NCBI GenBank assembly: GCA_965221165.1
Contig: CBDCRP010000003.1
Coordinates: forward strand, 960,001 to 1,024,000
Origin: a bacterium
GTDB lineage: Bacteria > UBA8248
DNA length: 64,000 nt
Direction of reading: 5' to 3'
Within the stretch, counting starts at the first letter, position 1, and each line of letters opens with the position of its first letter. Below are positions 30,030-40,900 of the stretch, piece by piece. The position numbers and the translations under genes are program-made. The notes beneath the pieces are model-generated. The model did not search any database and was not told where the DNA came from. It worked only from the letters and a program-made list of their open reading frames with translations.

Positions 30030-30428
30030 ATCAAGGCTGCAAGGAGCGAGGGTTTCACTCGGCAAACGCTCGCTCCTCACTCGCGTTTGACCCGCGACGT
30101 ATTCGCCGCCCTGGCGGCGAATACGTCCCTCATCCCGAGTAGGCGCGCTCGCGCGCCGTATCGAGGGTTTGACCCTACCGAGGAGGGAGGGTCAAACGGG
30201 GCGCTTCGATACAAACGCTCCTTTCTCAGTCGCGTTTGACCTTCGGCGGCTACTCAGGGTGAGGTCGATACCGCGGCATGCAAGACGAGGGTTTGACTCG
30301 ACCGATGAGGTCAGTTCCGACTGAGAAAGGAGGAACTGCATTTGCGCTCGCTCCCAGTACCGGGTTTTTCAACAACCCTACTCGAAGCGCGCGGCATATC
30401 AAGGCTACAAGGAGCGAGAGTTCCACTC
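30030..30428. repeat. Structured intergenic element bounded by 31-bp direct repeats
   Basis: ATCAAGGCT(G/A)CAAGGAGCGAG(G/A)GTT(T/C)CACTC at 30030 and 30398; internal perfect 15-bp inverted repeat 30218-32/30318-32 and several hairpins. Confidence 0.75.
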
Positions 30429-30446
30429 CTCTCCGCCCCTATGAAA

Positions 30447-30722
30447 TTATTCCTCCTCGAGGCGCACGGCGGTATCGATCAGAATGCGGTAAATCCGCTC
30501 GAGGACCTCGGGCGGGCATGGCCCCTCGTTGCCGCCCAGAACCTTGGCGATTACCTCACTCTCGCGCGCCGCGTCCTTGACGGCGATTCCCCGCGCGCTC
30601 TTGTATTCGCCGACTTCGAGGCAAATTTTGAGCCGGGTGTTGAGCAGGCGGATAATCTCCGCATCGCACGCATCGATCCGCTCCCTGAACCCGGACAACC
30701 CATCCGCCATGCCGCGCTCCAC
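30447..30722 (-). CDS. Monofunctional chorismate mutase (AroQ)
   Basis: FRERIDACDAEIIRLLNTR...VGEYK...DAARE. Confidence 0.85.
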   Translation of the reverse strand: MERGMADGLSGFRERIDACDAEIIRLLNTRLKICLEVGEYKSARGIAVKDAARESEVIAKVLGGNEGPCPPEVLERIYRILIDTAVRLEEE

Positions 30723-30967
30723 TTGAAGGACGTAGTGAGAATAGAGGCATTACTATACCATTATTCGCGCCTGTTTCATTCCTCCCGGCCCCCAATCTCC
30801 CGAAAACGCTTTCAGACGAGTGTTTCCCTCAGTGCGGAAATCCCGGAGAGCCGCACGTTTTTTTATTGTCGCCGGCGGTGTGAATTTGGTATGTTGCTCA
30901 CACGCGACGCGCGAATCTTTTTGCTATATCGACGTAAATTCTCTTCCGGGAAAGAGGAGTCCTGCAC

Positions 30968-32812
30968 ATGCCCCGTCATCTTCGCCTGCTCGCCGCGCTT
31001 CTTGTCGTTCTCGTCCTCGGACTCGCCGGGAGGGCCTCGGCCCAGAGCTTCAGCAACGTCGTCGTGTTCGGCGACAGCCTGAGCGATTCCGGCAATGCGG
31101 GCCAGGGGCTAGGGCTGCCCGCAGGCACCAGCTTCACCACCAATCCAGACCCCGTCTGGGCCGAGATCGTCGCGCAGGCCTTCGGCGCATCAGGACAAAA
31201 CTCGCTCGCCGGCGGGCCGAACTACGCCTTCGCCGGAGCCTGCGTGAACCCGGCTACGCCCTGCGACCAGGACGATTCGCCGACGGTGACCGAGCAGATC
31301 GACTTACACCTCTCCTCCCGGGAAGGGCGCGCCAACCCGGATGCGCTCTACGCCGTATGGGGCGGGCTGAACGACATCGCCGACTCCGCGCTAAGCGATC
31401 CGACTACTGCACTGGGCTACGTTCTGGCGGCCGCGGACATAAACGCCGCGCAGATAAGACGCCTCCAGGAAGCCGGCGCCCGCCATATTCTGGTGTTCAA
31501 CATTCCCGACGCCAGTGTGGCGCCTTTCGCCGTCACCCAGGGTACCACCGCTCAAGCAGGGCTGAGTGCGCTCGTCGCCCAATACAACAAAAAGCTCTAC
31601 GCCGGGATTCGTGAACGCGAGGACGGCGTCGTCCCCATCAACATCCATGCCTTTCTCAACGAAGTCGTCGCAAACCTCGGGACGTATGGTCTCACCAACG
31701 TCACCGGGACGGCCTGCGGGGAGCCGAACGCGGGGAGTGCGGTCTCCATCACATGCGGGCCCGAGGGCTCCGGCGCTACCGTGACCTATGCGCCCGGTGA
31801 GAGCCAGACATATCTGTTCGCGGACCGGAGCCATCCCACCGGCGCGGTCCACGCGATGCTCGCAACCCTGGTCACCTCCACCCTCGCGGCCCCGCTCCAG
31901 GTTTCGCTCGCAGGCGAGGCGGGCGCAGAGGCGGCGGGGGTTCACCACGGCGTCATTTCGGCGGAGCGCGCTGCTGATTTCGCGCTGCCCGTCGGGAATT
32001 GGCGCGGCTATGCGACGGGGCAGAGCGGGGGGAGCAGCCTGGACGCCCTTCCGCGCCTCGGGGAGACCGAATCCGACATGGCGGTGGTCACTCTGGGGGT
32101 CGGCCACCGCGCCGGACCGGACCTCTCCTGGGGCGCCGCGCTGAGCATCGCCCGCCATGAGAACGAACTCTCGGGCGCGAACCTGGACAGCGACGTCGTG
32201 ATCGGCTCGCTGCACGGCGCGTGGCGCAGCGGGGGCCTACAGGTGAGCGTCGTCCTGAGCCTGGGACAGACATCGATCGATGTCGAGCGCTCGATAATCC
32301 TCGGACCGGCGACGCGTTCCGAGCGCGGCTCCACCGAAGCCGCCCAGTTCGGGGGCGAATTCGATTTCGGGTGGCTCCTCGGCGCCTCCGAGGCTCTCCG
32401 GCACGGCCCGTTCTTCGGTCTTTCCTGGCTCGAACAGGAGGTCAAGGGCTACCGGGAGAGCGGAGAGTCGTCCACTTCGATGAACTTCGCAGACTTCGAT
32501 CGCAATTCCATCATCGCGCGCGGCGACTACCAGATGTCCTGGAACCTCGCCGGAATTCGTCCCCATGTCCGCGTCGCCTATGAGCGCGAACTCGAGGACG
32601 ACCCCGTCCTCGTCTACGCGGGTTCGAACACCATGCCCGGACGCTTCGCGCTTCCGGGCTTTGCGCCGCCGCGCGATTCCGTGAGCGCCAACCTGGGCAT
32701 AAGCGCAAAACTGGGCGAGCGCGCGAGCGGCCGCCTGGGCTACGCCGGACGCTTCGGTGACAACTCGCTCCGGAACCACCGCCTGTCTCTCGCAGTGCGG
32801 ATCGTCTTTTGA
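30968..32812 (+). CDS. GDSL esterase autotransporter (EstA-like)
   Basis: Signal peptide, FGDSLSD, NYAFAGA, GGLND, DRSHPT, C-terminal beta-barrel ending in F. Confidence 0.92.
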   Translation: MPRHLRLLAALLVVLVLGLAGRASAQSFSNVVVFGDSLSDSGNAGQGLGLPAGTSFTTNPDPVWAEIVAQAFGASGQNSLAGGPNYAFAGACVNPATPCDQDDSPTVTEQIDLHLSSREGRANPDALYAVWGGLNDIADSALSDPTTALGYVLAAADINAAQIRRLQEAGARHILVFNIPDASVAPFAVTQGTTAQAGLSALVAQYNKKLYAGIREREDGVVPINIHAFLNEVVANLGTYGLTNVTGTACGEPNAGSAVSITCGPEGSGATVTYAPGESQTYLFADRSHPTGAVHAMLATLVTSTLAAPLQVSLAGEAGAEAAGVHHGVISAERAADFALPVGNWRGYATGQSGGSSLDALPRLGETESDMAVVTLGVGHRAGPDLSWGAALSIARHENELSGANLDSDVVIGSLHGAWRSGGLQVSVVLSLGQTSIDVERSIILGPATRSERGSTEAAQFGGEFDFGWLLGASEALRHGPFFGLSWLEQEVKGYRESGESSTSMNFADFDRNSIIARGDYQMSWNLAGIRPHVRVAYERELEDDPVLVYAGSNTMPGRFALPGFAPPRDSVSANLGISAKLGERASGRLGYAGRFGDNSLRNHRLSLAVRIVF

Positions 32813-32902
32813 TTTATGGATTCGGGGAAATTTCGAGAGGATGATACAGGATTCTTCCGCGGAACTTAGGGATGGGGGGTGAAGGAAAATGCGGCGCCTG
32901 AA

Positions 32903-33349
32903 TCAGGTTTCCAGGTCCGGCTCGACGGCCTCATACGTCTCCTTCGTCATGATCAAGACGTTGCACTCGTTCTTTCGCCGGTATTCGACGCTGTCCATCA
33001 CCTGATTCACGAGGAACAGGCCCAGCCCGGCCAGGAGTTCGTCTTCTTCCAGAGAACTCTCGCCATCGGTTTCCGCCGTGGCCGACAGATCGAACGGCGC
33101 GCTGTTGTCCACGAGCACGACGACGAGTTCTTCTCCCTCGACACGCACGATAACCTCGATCCGATGCGTTTCGTCGTCATCGTACCCGAAGCTGATCCTG
33201 TTGGTGAGGATCTCCTCGATCGAAAGATTGACCGCATAACCGATTTGCGGAGCGTAGTTCCTCTGCGCGCAGAATTCGTCAATCTGCGCGGCGACGACGG
33301 CGATTTCCCTCAGATCGTTGACAAGCGAGATTTCAAGAGCGTCTTCCAA
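32903..33349 (-). CDS. RsbW-like ATP-binding protein (HATPase_c_2)
   Basis: NLSIEEILTN, GLGLFLV...MDSVEYRR...N.L. Confidence 0.82.
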   Translation of the reverse strand: MEDALEISLVNDLREIAVVAAQIDEFCAQRNYAPQIGYAVNLSIEEILTNRISFGYDDDETHRIEVIVRVEGEELVVVLVDNSAPFDLSATAETDGESSLEEDELLAGLGLFLVNQVMDSVEYRRKNECNVLIMTKETYEAVEPDLET

Positions 33350-33380
33350 TATCCCTCCCTCTCACAAAAAAGCGAGCCGC

Positions 33381-34829
33381 CTAGTCCTCTTTCAGGGAAC
33401 GACTGAAAAAGTCCGTCAGCGGCTTGGCGAGATAACTGATCAACGAGCGTTCTCCGGTCTGGATGTGCACCTCCACCGGCATACCGGGCGTAAGGGCCAG
33501 TTCATGAATCGCATTTCGCGGGTCCTGCTCCTTGTTCAAGGGGTCGACCGAATCGCCCGACTCCTCGGGCGAGGTTCCCGTCAACCAACCTATAAACCCG
33601 CTCAACGAGCCGCTCGAAGCTTCGGATTTTTCCGCCGGCCCGCCTGCTCCGTTCGCATCGGGTCTGCCCATCGCGAGATCGAGTTCGTACCACGACAGGC
33701 CGCTGTTCGGATCGATCACCGCATCCGCCGACACCCGAATCACATGGCCCGGGAACTCCGGCGTCACACGCGCGGGAAAGGAAGAAAACCGAAGCCGCGC
33801 CTCCTGTCCCGGATATACCTGATCCACATGAATCGGATTGAGCCGCGCCATCACCACCAGCCCCGAATCCTTCGGCACGACGTGCAGTATCGGCTCGCCC
33901 GGACGCACGACCTCGCGCGGAGCGACCACCTTCATGCCGAACACCTTTCCCGAAACGGGCGCCCGCACCTCCATGCGACCGAGGCGCTCGCGCACCAGCG
34001 CGAGACGGTCCAGTACCTGGTTCTCTTTGGCCCTTGCGTCGCGGGCCCATTCCTCCGCTTCCTCGATCCGCCGCGCGTCGACCTGTAGTATCTGAATTTC
34101 CAACTCCGAGATGCGGCCCCGGGCACCGGCGATGGAGGCGTCGTTCGTTCCCGCCTGGCCTTCGAGGCTCTTCGCCGCGCGCTCGAGCGCGAGAAGCCTG
34201 TCGAGCGAGGTCAGCCCCTTGTCGAACAAGTCGCGATAGGCATTGAGTTGGCGAAAGATGAGTTCCGTTTGCTCCTCCAGCGAGACGGCATGCGCTTCCA
34301 GCCCCTTGATTTCCTTGCGCGTCTGTCCGATGCGCTCGCGAAGCCGCGCGACCTCTCCGTTGCGCGAGGCCATCCGCGCGAGGAAGAGCCTTTCGTGACC
34401 GTCGAGTATGTCGCGCACCCTCGCGTCGGCCTCCGATAACGCGGCGAGTTCTTTCTCCCAGACTATCGTGTCCGCGCCCTTGAGCTCCGCCTCCAGGCGA
34501 TTGCGCCGGGCCGCCAACTCGGCGTATTGCGACTCGAGAATCGCCTCCTCCGAGCGCGGCAGCGCATCGTCGAAGCGCACCAATACGTCGTTTTTTTTCA
34601 CGGAATCGCCGTCGCGAACCAGAATCTGGCTTACGGTACCGCCGTCGATATGTTCGACTATCTGATTGCGGTTCTCTACCGCCAGCCGGCCCGAGGCGAT
34701 CACGGCCCCCGAGAGCGAGGCGAAAATGCTCCAGCCGAGGAGTCCGCCTCCCATCAGGGTCAGTGTCAGAAACCCCATGTTCAGCGCCTTGCGCGCAGAG
34801 AACCGCCGCTCGTTCGTCTGATTGCTCAT
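33381..34829 (-). CDS. HlyD family type I secretion periplasmic adaptor
   Basis: GAVIASG, VEHIDGGTV..ILVRDGD, VRAPVSG, TPGMPVEVHIQTGERSLISYL. Confidence 0.92.
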   Translation of the reverse strand: MSNQTNERRFSARKALNMGFLTLTLMGGGLLGWSIFASLSGAVIASGRLAVENRNQIVEHIDGGTVSQILVRDGDSVKKNDVLVRFDDALPRSEEAILESQYAELAARRNRLEAELKGADTIVWEKELAALSEADARVRDILDGHERLFLARMASRNGEVARLRERIGQTRKEIKGLEAHAVSLEEQTELIFRQLNAYRDLFDKGLTSLDRLLALERAAKSLEGQAGTNDASIAGARGRISELEIQILQVDARRIEEAEEWARDARAKENQVLDRLALVRERLGRMEVRAPVSGKVFGMKVVAPREVVRPGEPILHVVPKDSGLVVMARLNPIHVDQVYPGQEARLRFSSFPARVTPEFPGHVIRVSADAVIDPNSGLSWYELDLAMGRPDANGAGGPAEKSEASSGSLSGFIGWLTGTSPEESGDSVDPLNKEQDPRNAIHELALTPGMPVEVHIQTGERSLISYLAKPLTDFFSRSLKED

Positions 34830-36844
34830 GTCGCATCACCCTGATTCATAGGCGTTTCGGAACCTTTCGGCGGCGCGTCGGGCGCTTGCGTTGACTCATT
34901 TTCACCCGCGCCCGAAGGCGGAGCCGAGCCGCTCACGCGCGCGACGGCGCCGGCGATGAGTTCATCACGCCGACGCCTGACTTCAGAAACCTGCCCCTCA
35001 CCCGCAGGCGCGGGCGTTTTTCGCCCATCACGCGCAGGCGGGCGCACGTCCGCCCTCTCTTGCGGCAGGAGGGCCGCCTGTGCCGCCGAAGCCTCTTTAG
35101 GTTTCGGAGGCTGGATCGCTCCCCTCACCCGCGCGATGGCGCCGGCGATTTGCTCATCGCGCCCACGCTCGGCAGGCGCAGGCGGACGTGCGCGAACTCT
35201 TTCCTGTTGCGCGGGCGCGGGGCGCGCTTGCGCTCTTTGACGCGGAGGCGCAGGCGGCGCCGGACGGGCGGGCTGCTGCTGCGCCTGACCGCCGCCTCTC
35301 GCATCGCGGCGCGCAGGCGAGCGCTGCCGGGCAGCCGCCGGCCTGCCCTCCCCGCTCTCCGCCTTCCTCGCGCCGCCCTCCTGTAATTGCCGTACGGGCG
35401 CCGAGCGACCTCCCTCTCCCCCGGTGGCCGGGACGGGACGCCCGTTCTCCATCACGTACACGGTGTCGCACTGGGCGAACGCGCCGTGGCGATGCGCCCC
35501 GGTGCGTTTCGCCGCATCGACGATGTCCTCGTCTTTCGCATCTTCGGAGAAGCGGGAGATGTTCTCCGCCACGGTCCCATCGAACAAAACCACTTCCTGC
35601 GGCAAATACCCGATATATTTTCCCAGCGCCCCGCCGTACTGGTCGAGTTCCGCCCCGTCGAGGCGCACCGAGCCCGCTATCGGCCGCCACACCCCGGCGA
35701 GAGCGCGCGCGAACGTGGACTTGCCCGCGGCGGATCGTCCCGCGATACCCGCCGCCTATCCCGTTTCGAGACGGAAAGACGCGCCGCGAACAGCCGCCAC
35801 CCGCGCCCCGGGCGCTGCGACCATGAGGCCATCCGTCTCCAGAATCGCGCGTGGAGCGGGAAGCGTCGTCCGGGACGTTTCGGGCGGCGTCTCCCCCAAA
35901 AGGGCGGAGAGCGAACGCCACGAGGCCAGCGCGCGCTGAAGCGTCGGCCAATGCCCGACGGCCTGATCGATCGGGGAGAGCGCGCGCCCCAGGAGGATCG
36001 AGCCCGCTATCATCACCCCGGGCGTCATCTCGCCCTGAATCACGAGAAAAGCGCCGAGCCCGAGCATCATCGACTGGAGGAACAGGCGCAGCGTCTTCGA
36101 GAGCACGCTGTAAAAGCCGTTCCTGTCCGAGGCCGCCAGCGTCCTGTCGAGAACGATGTCACGCAAACCGCCCGAACGCGACACCACCGCGTCCTGCATG
36201 CCGAGACCCTGCACGGTCTCACCGCCCGCGCGCATCTGTTCGAGGAAGATGCCCGAACGAGCGCTCGCCTCCCCGACTTCCTGCTGGATATTACCCGTTC
36301 CCGCCTGGTTGAGAAGGGCGATTCCGGCGAGCAGACAGCCCGAGAAAACCGCCAGGAGGCCGAGCATCCAGTGGAATGAAAACAGCACGAACAAGAAGAC
36401 CGGCGTCCACGGCGCGTCAAAAAAGGCGAAAGGACCCGAACCCGAGGCGAAGCGCTGGATCGTTTCCAGATCGCGAAGGCCCGTCGCCGGGCGCGCGCGT
36501 TCGGCAGGCGACGTCGAGCGGGAAAGGATGGCCCTGAGCACGCGCGAGTCGAGCCGCGCCTGAAGCCGCGCGCCGGCGCGGGCGAGAATCCGTCCGCGCG
36601 CGTGATCCAGCACGCCCATTATCAGGAAGAGAAACGCCACGATGACGACCAGCGCCACCAGCGTCGCCACGGAACGCGAGCCCAGCACCCGGTCGTAGAC
36701 CTGCAGCATGAACAGCGGACCCGTCAGCATCAACAGGTTCACCACCACGCTGAAAAAACCGCACGAAACGAAGAGCCAGCGGCTCTCGGAGAGCACCGCC
36801 CGGATCTCCTTGTCCCCACTCCGGTTCTCTGCCCTTGCGACCAT
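34826..36844 (-). pseudogene. PrtD-type type I secretion ABC permease/ATPase, disrupted
   Basis: NLLMLTGPLFMLQVYDRVL; in-frame TAG at 35756-58 just before Walker A (GRSAAGKST); ABC signature and Walker B missing at ~35492. Confidence 0.85.
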
Positions 36845-37305
36845 CTACAAACCACCTCACGTTCTCGTCGGCGAATTCGGAATCTTCATACGAATTCACC
36901 ACCCGCTTGCGGGTAGGTGTACCCCCAACCCCAGTTTTCACTCGTGATTTTGCAAACAAGGGGCCCTCTGTTGCGTCGCAGTTCACAGAATACACTTTCT
37001 CCAGCCGAAGCGCATCCCCGCTCCTTCCGTGAAGTCGACGCCGGCGTTTGCACCAGGTCGGGACGTTCAGATTCTCAAAACCGGCAGCGCCGGAGATCGG
37101 CGGCATCTTCCCAATCCCCGCACGAATCACCGTCATTGCCCCTGTTCCTTCGATGTTTCGCGCCGTATCCCTTCTCCCTCCCATTTTCGGTCCGGCGCCC
37201 GGGAGGAGTTTCGGGGTGGTGGGCCGCTCCGTAAGTTCAAGGTCTCGTTGTGGTAGTATATCCCCGGATAATCAGGGCATCTCACCACAAGGGAGAGGGT
37301 GCGTG

Positions 37306-37611
37306 ATGGATCAACCCGAAGCGAAAGAGCAGGAATCCCCCGAAATACCGGAAGGCGAAAAGCGCGAATCGAGGCGAAGCATGGTGCGGGTATACGTGAC
37401 GTACGCCGCCGCCATATTCCTGTTCGGCGGCGGCGCATTATTGGTGACAACGTTGTTCATCACCGGCAGAGTAGATGACGCCAAAGACCTGTTCCTGGCC
37501 ATCATGCCGGTCAGCGCGGCGGTGATATCCTACTGGTTCGCCACCCGCCGGCCCGCTTCTGCGGCCGGGGGTGGGGATACGAAAGCCGATGAACGGCAGG
37601 GGGGTGCGTAG
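37306..37611 (+). CDS. Small two-TM membrane protein
   Basis: GGGAGAGGG RBS; two hydrophobic helices ending ISYWFATR. Confidence 0.65.
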   Translation: MDQPEAKEQESPEIPEGEKRESRRSMVRVYVTYAAAIFLFGGGALLVTTLFITGRVDDAKDLFLAIMPVSAAVISYWFATRRPASAAGGGDTKADERQGGA

Positions 37612-37651
37612 GCGAGAACCTGCGTGTTCTCCCTTGTGGTTTTGGAAGCGT

Positions 37652-37718
37652 CCTTACGGATGCGCGCCTTTCGTCAGCATCAAAATCCCCGCGATGCGCC
37701 TCGCGGTGTCGGTGAAGA
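37652..37718 (-). pseudogene. Orphan duplicate of the R-M gene 3' end
   Basis: Encodes FTDTARRIAGILMLTKGAHP*, versus FTETARRIAGILMLTG* at 37924-37975. Confidence 0.75.
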
Positions 37719-37727
37719 CGGCGTATG

Positions 37728-37905
37728 ACACTCCCCCTTTGAGGGGGAGTCGGCAAGGCGAGAACGCAAGCCCGAAGTCGCGCCGGCTTTGTTGTAGGGG
37801 CCGCATATATGCGGCCCTCTCGTCGGCATGCGGGTCGCATATATGCGACCCCTACAATGGATGTGGTTTCCGTTCGTCATTCCGGCATCCGCCGGAATGA
37901 CATGA
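37728..37905. repeat. REP-like palindrome cluster
   Basis: ACTCCCCCTTTGAGGGGGAGT; inverted GTAG pair; CGTCATTCCGGCATCCGCCGGAATGAC. Confidence 0.8.
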
Positions 37906-37923
37906 ATTTTTGCTAGTGGAAGC

Positions 37924-40900
37924 TCAACCGGTCAACATCAAAATCCCCGCGATGCGCCTCGCCGTCTCGGTGAAGTGATGGACTTCCTCGGGCTTGAGAG
38001 GGCGCCCCAGGATGTCCTGTTCTCTATACGAGAGCCACTTCTTGAGCACTTGGTAGCCGCCTAACTTGTAGCTCCAGACAGCGGCGGGGACACATCGCCA
38101 AAAGGCGCGACCATTCAGATAGACATCAAAAGCCGTATCGCCGAGTACAAAGCGCGCATCGTCCAAGGCGGTGCGTTCCTCAATCGTATAGGCCCGCTCG
38201 ACGGCGCGGCCTTTGCCGGGCATCACGGCGTCCCCCGCTCCGAAGTGTCCCCATCCAGCCGTCACTGCGAAATCATCACTCATCATCTGGCCTTCCCGCA
38301 CCGTCTTGGGAACGGCGAGGACGGCCATCTCAGGTCTCAAGGGAGCCTGCGTAACGCAGGGAACGCTTGCGTCGGTATCCAGTAAGCGGGCGAGTTGGCG
38401 GCCCCGCGCAGCGGATTGGGCTAGCACTTCCGCAGCGTCTTTCGCCCCGCCGTTCGGCCAGCCGGGCAGGGGTATGCGAGGCCACTCCATTCTGAGCGCG
38501 CCCACGTTGGCCTCGCGGTAGGCGGGATCGTGCAGCGTGGCGAGGGTGTGATGAAACAAATCCTCCACGCTCGCGCCGATACGCTTCAAATAGCCTTGCG
38601 CCGATTCGGATAGATTCGGACGACGCTCAGAGTTTACTGAATTTAAGCCTTCATCGAAAAGCCATAATGGAACGTAAGTGGTGCTACTATCCATGTGATT
38701 GATGTCACCGATACTAAAGGCTACTGGCGGAGGTGACCATTCTTTACGTTGTTTCGCAGGCGTAGCCAACCATATATTTCCCTCGAATACGTGCGGCCTG
38801 TAATCAGCGCGCTTCTCATCAAGCAATTTTGTTTCCGCCTCCCAATAAAGCCAACGGTTGTCGAATGGTCGGTAAACATGGCGGATGAAACCGCTCTCGT
38901 TCGGACCACCTCGCGCAAGCAGCACGTTGCGTACGGATTGAGCGTTGAACCGCTTGGTGTTCTGCATTACGCGGGGATAAGACCGGGCGATTTCTTCATG
39001 ACTCAAACTTGGGTCGAAGTAGTCGGTTATGCGGGTTTTGAGGCGTTCAAGTTCGGTATCTACGAGAAACGAGTCACGGCTGGTCTTGACGCCGGGGAAC
39101 GAGGTGGGGAACAGATCGGGTAGAGCGGGACAGTTGAACCAGCCTTCACTCACTTTCGTCTTTACGGGGGTGAAGGGAAGACCTAGAAGAATAATTGGTT
39201 CGACGTTTTCATACATCGTTTCTGGTTTAGCCTCGGATGATTCCAGTAGTTTCTCTCGTTTGAATTTTGCTTCTCCCCACAGATGGCGGAAAGCGATCTC
39301 TCGGGCGGGGGCGTGCTCCGACTTGCGCACCAACGTCGCGACTGCCGTGCCGAGTTTGATGCCCCCTGTATTGTCTGTCGTAAAAACATTCCCGTCGGTG
39401 TTTCCGTCCGGTGTTTTTCCGCCACTGCGAATGTCCCCGTTCAGACAATCGATTCGCACCATGTCGAATACTTCCAGATAACGTTCGCGCATTCCAGTAA
39501 AGGAAGGTTTATCAAGTCATGAAAAGTTGGAAATGAAGCACACGACTCCCCGGCCCGTCTTTTCGACGATGCGCCGCTCCGCCATGCGAAAAAAACGCAC
39601 ATATGGGTCGTTCAATCCCGGACCCTTCTGTTTTCTTACGCGCCGCGTAATACGATAGGCTTCGGTTAGTTGCCGCTCCTCTTCCTCTAATGCCACGCTT
39701 GCGTAGCCGTTGTAGGGGGGATTGCCGAGAATCACGAGAACGGGCGTTTCCTGTTTCACCCGCTCCGCGCGGTCGCGCTCTTCCTCCAGTTCGGGGAAGG
39801 GCAGCGGTTTGTTTGCCCTGGGTTCCCAGCCAGTCAACGCGTTGGTGAGAAAAACGTCCGCGCGCTCCTCCTCCGCCAGCGGCGCGCCGAGTCCGTCCAA
39901 GGCGAGACCGACCTGTAAATGCGCGACGACGAAGGGAGCGGGCATGATCTCGAAGCCGAACACGCGCTTCAAGGCCGCTTCCTTCACCCGCGCGCCCGCG
40001 AGCGCGCCTACGCCCTGACCTTCGAGATTGGCGGCGATGCGCCTCAGCACTTCGGCCAGGTAGGCCCCCGTTCCGCAGCAGGGGTCGAGCACGTAGACGT
40101 TCTCGGCTGCGAGGCCATCGGCGATCCCCAGATCGTCTTTCAGCGCCTTGTCCACGCGGGCGACCATGTAGCGCACGACTTCCGTCGGCGTGTACCAGAC
40201 GCCGAGTTGTTTTCTCAAGGCGGGGTCGAAGGCCTCCAGAAACGGCTCGTAGAAATAGGGCACGGCCTCGCCTTCGTTGAAACGAGCGAAAAAGGCTTCC
40301 CTGTCCACGCGGTCGAGCGCGGCGGCGGTCCAATCCAGCACTTCGACCAGATTCAGAGAACGAAGGCGACCCGGGTCGGAGAGTTGCTGGAAGAGACTAC
40401 GCATCACCGGCGCGCGCAGGTGCCAGACGGACTCATGCCAGTTGAACTTCGCCGTAGGCTGAGGGGTTTGCCGCGCCCAGAGGACCCAGGCGGAAAACAC
40501 GCCGTAGAAGAGAGTCTGCACCAGCGTTGAGTGAAAAAAACGAATCCCTTGTTCGTCATCGAAGCGAACGCCCAGCGCCTCTTCCAATGCGGAACGCACC
40601 GCCTCAAGCTGGGGCGCATCGCCCGCCACTTCGACACGCGCAAGGCCGTCGCGGGCATAGGACGCCAGAAGCCACGCCAAATCCTTGGGTTCCGCTATCG
40701 CCGCCTGATGCGAAAGGGCGCGGGTCAAGTATTCGGCCAGTCCGGCGCCTACACTTCGGGCGAAGGCGCGGGGGGTATTCAGCCGCCGCTCGAAATCCTC
40801 CGCGTCCTCGGCGAGCCTGAAGGATTCCAGCTTCACCTGCTCGCCTGCTCGCTCGCCGAGCAGGAGAAAATCGTGCATGTTCGTCACCAGCACGAGGCGG

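Noticed and set aside
35756-35758. TAG in the T1SS ABC gene as pyrrolysine or programmed read-through
   Set aside because: The same gene also lacks the ABC signature and Walker B, so decay is simpler. TAG terminates other genes normally.
39517-39519. TGA in the R-M gene as selenocysteine or evidence of an alternative genetic code
   Set aside because: No redox or Cys context and no clear SECIS. Many genes here end properly at TGA (LysR, TSUP, autotransporter), so UGA is a normal stop.
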